Source: an uncultured Nitrososphaerales archaeon
GTDB taxonomy: Archaea; Thermoproteota; Nitrososphaeria; Nitrososphaerales; Nitrososphaeraceae
Assembly: GCA_963709405.1 (NCBI GenBank)
Contig: CAVPXM010000041.1
Span: forward strand, 1 to 31,808
DNA: 31,808 nt
Reading direction: 5' to 3'
Of this stretch, positions 1 to 8,579 are shown piece after piece; positions within the stretch are counted from its first letter, which is position 1; each line of letters starts with the position of its first letter. The notes beneath the pieces were generated by a model. The model was not told the DNA's origin. It ran no database searches and saw only the letters and a list, made by a program, of their open reading frames with translations. A program made the translations under genes and the position numbers.

Positions 1-148
1 TGGTACTGATATTAACTAACTATGTAACAATTACAATGTGGATAATGCAATTGTAATTAAATTAAGAGGAGAGTATTAAATATGCTATGCCAAGTAAGAT
101 AAAATATGTGAATGATTTACAATTTTTGGTGGGATGATTGAATGATCA

Positions 149-676
149 ATGTATAAAAAAATCATAGTCCCAGTTGATGGTTCCAAACCTGCAGATAAAG
201 CATTAGAGCATGCCGTACAGCTAGCAAGATCTATTTTCGTTAATGGTAGTTTTAGTAAGATAGAAATTATAATACTGCTTGTTATTCAAGACTTTCCTGC
301 TACACTTGGCATTGAAACTACTATGAGATCTCCTAGGACAGGAGAAGTAATTTCATTCTCAGAATATATTAAGGAAATCCATGAATTGAAGAGATCAAAC
401 GCAATAAAACTCCTATCTGCAAGAAAGAAAAAATATGAATCTCATGGGACTGCAAACAATAATTTTACAATAAGAACAGAAGTTCTCGTTAGTCAAGGCA
501 ATTCTATATCCGATACGATAATTAAGTTTGCTAACAAAGAGAAAGCAGATTTGATAGTGATAGGCAATATTGGGTTAAGTGGGATATCAAAGCTCAAGAC
601 ATTAGGAAGTGTGTCCAGATCTACTGCTGAGAAGTCTAGTTGTCCTGTTTTGATTGTGCGTTATAAGAACGCGTAA
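149..676 (+). CDS. Universal stress protein (UspA family)
   Basis: N-terminal KKIIVPVDGS; C-terminal ADLIVIG..G......LGSVS......CPVLIV USP signature. Confidence 0.93.
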   Translation: MYKKIIVPVDGSKPADKALEHAVQLARSIFVNGSFSKIEIIILLVIQDFPATLGIETTMRSPRTGEVISFSEYIKEIHELKRSNAIKLLSARKKKYESHGTANNNFTIRTEVLVSQGNSISDTIIKFANKEKADLIVIGNIGLSGISKLKTLGSVSRSTAEKSSCPVLIVRYKNA

Positions 677-809
677 GCTTATTACAAGAATTGTTAGAAG
701 CAGATGAAAAGTGAAAATCCAACAATTTAATATATGCTAAAGGTGTGCTACAACTTATAATAATTCCTTGTAAAATAAAATGAAATATTATTAGTTTTGT
801 GTATATTCC

Positions 810-1271
810 TTATTTTTCTGGTACAACTATTATCTCACCCTTAAGTGATGGATCTGTTATAGAATAGAATTGATACCTTCCAGGATTAAGATTTGATGCT
901 ACAAACTCGGCAAACCCTCTTGCTTTGATAATTCCAGTATCAAACAATTTCCCAGAAAGGGGATCATTAGAAGATATGCCATTTGTAAGACTATGGGGAG
1001 ACGTATCATTATTACCTATAAATACTTCTTCTCCAGGTTTTATTGTTAGTGTTTGTGGCTTAAAAATTAGATTTCCTTTCTCATTTTTGGTTATGGTTAC
1101 AACTGCAGCAACGGATGAAGCGTTAGGACTTGTTGTTGCATTCTGGGCATTGGTTGTTACTGAATATACTCATGGGATGATCTCATTTTGGTTTACGATA
1201 ATAAGAACAACCAGTATCCCGGCTATACCAGATAGACTAAGAACCCATCCGAAAAGTAGAGTTTTATTGAG
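810..1271 (-). pseudogene. Membrane-anchored/secreted cupredoxin (plastocyanin-like) fold protein with in-frame TGA; Cu ligands substituted
   Basis: Not in ORF track. Manual translation: LLFGWVLSLSGIAGILVVLIIV..P*VYS..IFKPQTLTIKPGEEVFIGNNDTSPHSLT..LFDTGII..PGRYQFYSITDPSLKGEIIVVPEK*. TGA at 1170-1172; no in-frame ATG found. Confidence 0.75.
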
Positions 1272-1333
1272 TTATAAGCAAACTGTGTTTGATCGATAAA
1301 GCTAAGCTGTACTACACTTTCTTTTGAGCTGTA

Positions 1334-2186
1334 TTGATATCAGAGGTTACTGGAGTTGATTCATCGTACTGCATACCTGATGTTGTATGGGATAGAATCA
1401 TTACATTGCTATCATCATCAATACGTAGGAGAAAGAAGAAAAAGGCTGGTCGTCCAAGAATGGATGATAGGAAGGCCATGAGTGCTATTTTCTACGTCCT
1501 ACGTACAGGCTGTCAGTGGAATGCTCTACCTAGAAGTCTTGGTGCTTCAAAGGACAGTACATGACAGATTCCAGGAATGGAGAAAGGCTGGTGTTTTCAA
1601 GCGAATGTGGATCGATGGATTGTCGGTATATGATAAAAAAACTGGGATCGATTGGAAATGGCAGGCTATGGATGGCGTTATTACAAAAGCGCCTCTTGGG
1701 GGAAAAAAGCACAGGACCAAATCCCACAGACAGAGCTAAATCAGGTACAAAACGTAGTATTCTGGTAGATGGTAAAGGAGTACCACTTGGTGTATGTGTA
1801 GATGGAGCTAACAGGCATGACATGAAGATGACCAAAGCAACATTGCAAAGCATAGTCATCTATAGACCTGAACCAACAATCAGATCAAAGCAGCACATGT
1901 GCATGGACAAAGGCTACGCGTTTCCAGAGGTATACGAATTACTGGAAGAGTATGGCTATACAATTCACATCAGATTAAAAGGAAAGGAAAGAAGCAGCAT
2001 TAAAGAAGGAATACCAAAATACAGAGCTAGGCGATGGGTTGTTGAAAGAACCCATTCTTGGATGAACAGATTCAGACGATTGCTGGTAAGATGGGAAAAG
2101 AGGATTGAAAACTATATTGGAATGTTACATTTTGCATGTGCATGGATCACCTATAGAAGAAGTGGACTTTTCGCATAGGCTCTAAG
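1334..2186 (+). mobile_element. IS5-family element; transposase split over three frames
   Basis: GRPRMDDR..AIFYVLRTGCQW..LP; TVHDRFQEW; AMDG; DKGY; RWVVERTHSWMNRFRRL. Frame changes near 1549 and at GGGGGAAAAAAG (1698-1709). Putative right end ATAGGCTCTAA; no matching left end seen. Confidence 0.88.
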
Positions 2187-2978
2187 TAACCGTTTCCAAT
2201 TGTAAATTGGTTTGCTCATCATTTTGGCCTTAATTTCTCCCTCTTTATATAAATATATTATCGAATCTTGGCTTGTTATAAATGAAAGGCTTCCACTGAG
2301 CCAAGAAAGTAAGAGTATTGATAAGGAATGGACAAAGTCAGCAAGTGTAGACACATTCACAGAGCCTAGATAAGGCACTGTTCAGTTAACGATGGACCTA
2401 AAGATAAAACCTCTTACTTTGATTGAACATGAATTGACTGCAAATTAGAACACATAACAAACTGATTAGCTCTATTTGTGGATATTCAGAACAGGGTGCT
2501 CATGATAGAACGAAAGATTGTTAAATGAACAGAGCTTAGATAAAGAGGCAAATTTAATAAATGCATTTATTGACTGAAAACCAGAGCGAGGCGAGGTAAC
2601 AATTAACAAAAGCAAATTGAGGATATGATTTTTGAAACGTCTTCTAGTTGCCATTATGCAAAAATAACGCCAAAAAGAAAGCTGGCTTTTTGATGTTTGT
2701 AATTGTAGATAAAAATGATTGCTTAGGTAGAACAATAAAATAATGCGATATCGACGTATCATTTTGGTGCATACATTGAACAGAGTACCAACTTGTGTAT
2801 TATTGTGCAAGTCTGGCCTTGATAGTGTCTTTCCTTTAACCATCTGCTCATAGATTATATTCATGTTTGTCATCTTCGATTCTGCTGGATTTTGAGAACT
2901 ATTAACTCTTGCATATTTTGAAACTCAATCCGAACAATAAAAATAGTATTATGATTCTCTTTTTAATCGCATTCTAAT

Positions 2979-3540
2979 TTATTTGTAACCATGAAAGTCT
3001 GATTCTTTGTTTCTCTTTTGATTTTTGTCCAGTGTTTGTGATTGTTTTTCTTCATATTCTAATATCGGCGCTGATTTCAACGACTTCCTCCTTATTAATG
3101 GTATTAGTATATATACGGATAGAGCAACTATTGCTGCTTGCATAACCTTGGTGAGTACATCTACTGTACCTACATCATTTTGTACCCCTGATTGAAGGAA
3201 TGTTTATCGTTCTGGTCAATATGTAAAAGAGAATTAATGCTAGCGAACCTGTTATAGCCATGATATATGGCATCTTATTACGATATGGATTCTCTAATGT
3301 GTAACTCCCGACAGCAGTGTATCCTAGGCCTACTATAATGAAAAATATCATTTCATTTGTTGTTGCCATAATGTCCTGTACATTCTTGCTTTCGGTAGGC
3401 AGGCGTGCTGACTGCGAAAGTTCGGCGTAGTCCTGAGATGCAACAAAAAAGTATATCGCACCTGTCGAGAGCATCAGTGCAATAATAACATATACCATTG
3501 TTCTCGTAGGATACGCGGTCAATGTTGTAGTTCCTTTCAT
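2979..3540 (-). CDS. Multi-pass membrane hypothetical protein, +1 frameshift near 3189
   Basis: ORF 3175-3540 has three hydrophobic segments; the shifted frame continues GVQNDVGTVDVLTKVMQAAIVALSVYILIPLI to TAA at 2979-2981. TATA-like TTTAATAA at 3570-3563. Confidence 0.7.
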
Positions 3541-3576
3541 AATCTAATAGTTTTTTTGAATATTATTAAACCACTG

Positions 3577-3612
3577 TAGGAACTTTGGTAGAGGACCCTA
3601 GGAACTGAGTTC
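3577..3612. promoter_or_regulatory. Candidate operator between divergent promoters
   Basis: TAGGAACT at 3577-3584 and 3599-3606 (22-bp spacing), plus palindrome GAACT-G-AGTTC (3602-3612), between TATA-like boxes at 3563-3570 (-) and 3622-3628 (+). Confidence 0.5.
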
Positions 3613-3662
3613 TTCTATTACTTAAATATGAGAAGAAAGAAGATTTTACTATATGATTTTCT

Positions 3663-4554
3663 ATGGCTGAATCCTCGTCTGGTAGTAATGACAAAAGAGT
3701 TCAAATAGAGGGAGATGATAAATATTCACAAACACAAAAAGTAGATGCACGTCGACAATTACAAAATTCTCCAATGTTAGCTACAAAATATGCCCACGAG
3801 TCTTCCAAATTAGTATATTCAATTGAAAAGAATTTCTACTTGATCATATGTATAGTTTCTTTATTATTTGTCTTCTCGTTATTAGATTTCCTTGAAGTCC
3901 GAGGCATATTTTCAGCTTCAATGGATTTCTTAATTACAATCTCCTCTGTTATTTCTATTGCTATTTTATCATATACAATCCCTAATATATTAAAATCTAA
4001 ACGAATACTTAGATCATGGGCGGATATGTTTGAGAGGAACAGTATAAGAGCTGGCATGAATATATCTATGATCAACAAGAGCAAAGAAGAAGCCGTACAT
4101 GCTATTGCGGAAACAATAGAAGAAGTTGGCGAGCCATTACGAAAATATATTTCATCTAAAGATAATTTCAATGAATTTTTGAACATCCCATACGCATCTA
4201 ACGGCAAAGATGTTATAGATAAAATAAAATTCGATGTCCTAATTGACTCAGAGCATGTAGTAAATACGAAGAATGACGGCGTTGAATATATTAGCACTAG
4301 ACTTCAAGAAGCTCTTAAAGATTATGGCTCAATAATAATTAAAATTATTGATGGCAGTATAACCAAGGAAGTAATCACATCATTTTCCGAGGATCTCCAA
4401 TTCATACAAATTATCTTCAAAAAACAATATTCATTTAGCGATAATGATAGGAGATGATGTATCAGAAGATTCGTATGTATTGGCTATGAAATTGGAAAGG
4501 AAGGGATTTGGCTACTTTGTTCTTGTCGAGAAACCTTCTCCGTTGTCCACATAG
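3663..4554 (+). CDS. Two-TM membrane protein with possible degenerate PD-(D/E)XK/Mrr-like C-terminal domain; +1 frameshift near 4391
   Basis: Two hydrophobic helices; KFDVLID..SIIIKII..ITKEVITSF; shifted frame gives IHLAIMIGDDVSEDSYVLAMKLERKGFGYFVLVEKP..* (TAG 4552-4554). Confidence 0.6.
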
Positions 4555-5524
4555 TAACAAGTATCGCATTATTGTGATTAATATGGGACACTATTAATTT
4601 TAGTATTGTTTAAAATTGAAAGTGAAACACATAAATAATAATCTTGGATAAGTGAATAATACCTTGAATTGAGAGAATAAAGATGCTTACTACTTTCCAC
4701 CATCATCGTAATTGTAATGTCCTTCTCTTACTGTGCGAATCACCTCATTATAACGAACAGCTATTTGATTTACTGTAAAAATAAAGATGCTCCGAGACCA
4801 TTAATACTAAAAATGAGTAATTGATAGGAAACTATTACAACTTAACTACGTTAATTCAAGTTTATTAGGAAAGCTTTGAGCACTATGCTAATGTCATTTG
4901 AGAAGAGTCAGGAGCTTTATGTAGCAAGCTACTATAATGATCATAGCGAGATTACGCGTATCACTATTGGTATATTTCGATGCTGAAAAGTAGTAAAGAT
5001 AATACTAATAATGGTAATGATAGGGAATATTTTGACATGAATACTGTTTATACAAAAACTCCGGATGTACTAACAAGCACGCATAGGTACAAAGAGAAGA
5101 ATAGTAATGAAATAATGTTCGGATTGATATATACTTATTATTATCTTTGTACAAATAATAATATCACACCACACCCGATGGACTACTGCTCCAACATTCA
5201 ATAACACTGTAAAAGTTTATAATATGATAGTAAAAAAAGAGAAACATAATATGAATTGGTCTGGAATTAACATCTTAATGTCTCTTCGCCTGAATCTGTA
5301 TTGAATATCATGATGTAATAACTACTACAGAAAAGAACAGAAATGTCACAAAAAGATAAAACCATTGGAATGCTCATATCCACAATCTTAGGATCCAATT
5401 TATCAGTAAGATCAATTCAATCTGCCTGATAAGTAATATCCTATCAATTTTATAGGTCAATGACGAATTAATGACAGAATATCTTAACCGCTTTGGTGCG
5501 AGAAAAATTCTAAGGTTTCGATAG

Positions 5525-5905
5525 TTGACTCAAAATAAAAATACCAAGAGAAACAAATTTCGTTACTCTTCTGAGTACACTATGCTATCAATCCTTGAAT
5601 ATCTTTGTATCAATTCTCTGGGCGGGCCGATCAGCAAGTATCATATTCTCACCAAAGTGCCTGGAATTAAAAGTCAACGGCAGGATAGGATAGCTGAAAT
5701 AATGAACATATTAGAGGAAAACGGTCTTATTGAATCAATTAAAACTTCTTCAGAGTCTACATTTTACCACATCACTGACAAAGGAGCCAACGCTTACTCG
5801 AAATGGGTTAAGGATTTTTTGGATTTCACTAGATTCTCGTATAATAAATTAAGTGAAAATAAAGGACATGGTAGATATCATATTAATTATTTAATTCAAA
5901 TATAA
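5525..5905 (+). CDS. Winged helix-turn-helix transcriptional regulator
   Basis: SILEYL..ISKYHIL..IMNILEENGLIE..YHITDKG, typical of archaeal wHTH proteins. Confidence 0.8.
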   Translation: MTQNKNTKRNKFRYSSEYTMLSILEYLCINSLGGPISKYHILTKVPGIKSQRQDRIAEIMNILEENGLIESIKTSSESTFYHITDKGANAYSKWVKDFLDFTRFSYNKLSENKGHGRYHINYLIQI

Positions 5906-6350
5906 ATATTATTTTCAAATATTATCACTGATAATGAACGCTATCACAATAATGTTTCGTCAATAATTTTTTTGACCTTGCATGCCACTACTACAAATCT
6001 ATCAGGACAATCAGAATTTCTGAGGCTATTACTATATGAATACATGGTTCTAATATTTAGTTGCTAGTCTAAAGGATCTGGAACTAAAATATAGGTGTAA
6101 GCCAGAATTGGTTTTAGATGGAATTATCTTATTGCATTTCATATAATGAACAAGCAAATGCCAGATACATCTAGCCATAGATATTAGGTAGTGAAGTTAA
6201 GAGCCTAACGTATACTTCGAAGAATTAATCCCACTAGGCCTCAGAAAATCCATTCCGAATTCGATAACTGATTTCAAGAGAATTAACCTATTCTTCTTTT
6301 GATCAAGAATTGTATCGACGTTTTCTATTTATTGGCACCTAATATAGTTG

Positions 6351-6591
6351 AGGCTTGGACATAATTGAATTCTATATTTTTCATATATTATTTAGTAACA
6401 TATTAACTACATAACATGTGTTTGATTGATTTTGGTCGTTGACTACGTCTGGTTTTATAATTGTAGTAGACAAGGATCTGATACAGTAGGTACTGAGCAG
6501 AGGACTATTCCAGGCAGCCTTCTGGTAGCCTCTTACTGGTAATGGGTCTATTCTAAAAACAGATTTAATATGTTCTATTAGTGGTTCTATC
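6351..6591. repeat. Direct duplicate of 6732-6970 (IS end plus transposase 3' end)
   Basis: Identical except for a cluster of indels/substitutions at about 6484-6514 (241 vs 239 bp). Confidence 0.95.
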
Positions 6592-6731
6592 TGCTTTGTT
6601 GCACGAATCCGATATTAGTCAACTAACCTTGAAACATTCAGCTAAAAAGGAGTAATCCGCATTTGGCCTATTCCTGAGAAGTACTAAAAGCATTGCAAGA
6701 TGACGATCTTTCTGAATTATGCAACAAAGCA
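6592..6731. mobile_element. 140-bp MITE-like element with IS903-like (IS5 family) termini
   Basis: Perfect 12-bp terminal inverted repeats TGCTTTGTTGCA (6592-6603) / TGCAACAAAGCA (6720-6731); no transposase; ends resemble IS903 GGCTTTGTTGAAT. Confidence 0.75.
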
Positions 6732-6783
6732 AGGCTTGGACATAATTGAATTCTATATTTTTCATATATTATTTAGTAACATA

Positions 6784-7743
6784 TTAACTACATAACATGT
6801 GTTTGATTGATTTTGGTCGTTGACTACGTCTGGTTTTATAATTGTAGTAGACAAGGATCTGATATAGTAGTACTGACAGAAGTGCTATTCCAGCAGCCTT
6901 CTGGTAGCCTCTTACTGGTAATGGGTCTATTCTAAAAACAGATTTAATATGTTCTATTAGTGGTTCTATCGATTTACTTCTCCAAGAGTAAATAGCCTGT
7001 CCTAACTCAGATTCATAGAATTGTATCAGCTCAAGTCTGTCAGTAGGGGTATGTTCATATCTTTGTACTGGACATACCAGTTCAAATCCTCTTTTAGTAC
7101 TCAAGTCATATAGTTTATGGTCGTCATACCCAGAATCGCCTATCATGAAACATGTTTCTGGAGACAGAGATGATGTTGATGATATCATCGGATTGTACAT
7201 TTGATTATCTTGTACATTAGCAGTTGTAAAATCTGCTGCTAATGGGACTATGATGGAACCAGTACTTGATATCATATGTAGTTTGTAACCAAATATCCAT
7301 CCTTTAGCATGGCTGAATCCCCATCTTGCGTCAGTATCTATGCCAGAACGTGGTACTATACCTTTGTTCATAGATGATTTGTGCCAAACATGTCCTTTGG
7401 CTTTCAGTAAAGTACTATCTATTGCAACAATGTATGGATCTATCATCTTTTCGCATACAAACATGCAGGTCATGATAGTAATCCTTTTTTTGATGTCTAT
7501 GGATATGGTCTTAAGTCGTCTGTCAAATGTTCGCCTGTCTGGTATTTGGGTAAGACCACATCTTTTCATTATCTTCTTATTGTAAGGATAATCCAATTCT
7601 AGGAATTCATGTAATGCATTGTTAGAATCCAGTCTAAACCATAGCCTAACTATGAAACATCTCAGAATTACAGTAGGAGAATAGACATATGGTCTGCCCC
7701 TTCTTCCCTTTTGCGATTCTGACCACGGTATCGAACCTATCAA
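6784..7743 (-). CDS. DDE transposase (DDE_Tnp_1-like)
   Basis: GRPYVY; AIDST; WGFS..W.FGYKLH; GDSGYD; RSKSIEPL. The open frame extends to about 7818, and an ATG at 7817-7819 is one base out of frame. Confidence 0.92.
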   Translation of the reverse strand: MIGSIPWSESQKGRRGRPYVYSPTVILRCFIVRLWFRLDSNNALHEFLELDYPYNKKIMKRCGLTQIPDRRTFDRRLKTISIDIKKRITIMTCMFVCEKMIDPYIVAIDSTLLKAKGHVWHKSSMNKGIVPRSGIDTDARWGFSHAKGWIFGYKLHMISSTGSIIVPLAADFTTANVQDNQMYNPMISSTSSLSPETCFMIGDSGYDDHKLYDLSTKRGFELVCPVQRYEHTPTDRLELIQFYESELGQAIYSWRSKSIEPLIEHIKSVFRIDPLPVRGYQKAAGIALLSVLLYQILVYYNYKTRRSQRPKSIKHMLCS

Positions 7744-7964
7744 GTACAGAATACTAAAAAGAATAGATTCACATTTACTACCATATGCTATCCTTTGGGA
7801 ATGTTTGATTATGTTTCATCACAAATTCAGACACTCAAAGGATAGCTTTATCCTAATTCATTATAGACATAAAATATGGATCTGGAATATGCCCAAGCCT
7901 CAGCTAACTAGGTAACATTGATGTTCATCATTATACTAGAGACTAAACATTTTGTATAATGAGA

Positions 7965-8230
7965 ATCATCTATTCATCTTGATAATCGTGAGTTTATCCT
8001 CAAAATCATCCAACGGTCCGATAGAGGATGCCGTTACTGATATCAAAGAAGTCAGCAGGTATATGTAATCCAAATTCTCCTTAGTTGCTAATGGCCACAT
8101 TCCTTGCTATCTGCCAGAGATCTACTTCTGTAACGCAAAACGAAAGTAAAATCTTACAGATGATCCGTAACCTATATCAAATAATTCTTTCAGATAAAAT
8201 GGAGAGGCATTGGATTGATTTCATCCCCAC
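7965..8230 (-). pseudogene. Possible decayed class I SAM methyltransferase
   Basis: Fragments ELFDIGYGS, VTEVDLWQIARNVAISN*GEFGLHIPADFFDI resemble motifs I-III; broken by stops and frameshifts. Confidence 0.3.
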
Positions 8231-8579
8231 ATCTAATCTATCTCATTCATCAACAATTTGATATTTTGTTAAAAAGTGTCTCAAATAGTAACAAAGCTAG
8301 AACAGACACTAAGGCCTAAAATGACGTTTAACTTGACTGGCAAAAGGGGAGAATATATTTCCAAATCCAATGCCGAATGGCATCTTATGCTCAAGACTTT
8401 TTGAATAAGATATGATTAGAATCCGCAGAAGCGTCATAAGCGCACACCCAAGATGATATTCTCCAGCATTATATCAAATTATTATCATTCAGTTTTAACT
8501 TTGTAATATAAGATAACATATAATAAGCACATGGGTACAAGCCCAACTCGAAGTTCATATTGGTAATTACTATAGAGTT

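Larger units (their letters stand above)
6350..7901 (-). mobile_element. DDE insertion sequence (IS982/IS4-like) with terminal inverted repeats and internal rearrangement
   Basis: GAGGCTTGGACATA (6350-6363) and TATGCCCAAGCCTC (7888-7901) are inverted repeats with 1 mismatch; transposase lies inside. Confidence 0.88.

Noticed and set aside
925-1299. 124-aa + strand ORF
   Set aside because: Antisense shadow of the cupredoxin-like frame.
2151-2873. ORFs 2151-2378 and 2472-2873
   Set aside because: No recognisable motifs and atypical composition; likely spurious.
4980-5204. 74-aa ORF
   Set aside because: Low-complexity AT-rich sequence with no supporting motif.
2361-6245. AGAGCCTA words at 2361 and 6200 as the missing IS5 left end
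   Set aside because: Only about 8 bp match and they lie on the wrong side of the transposase.
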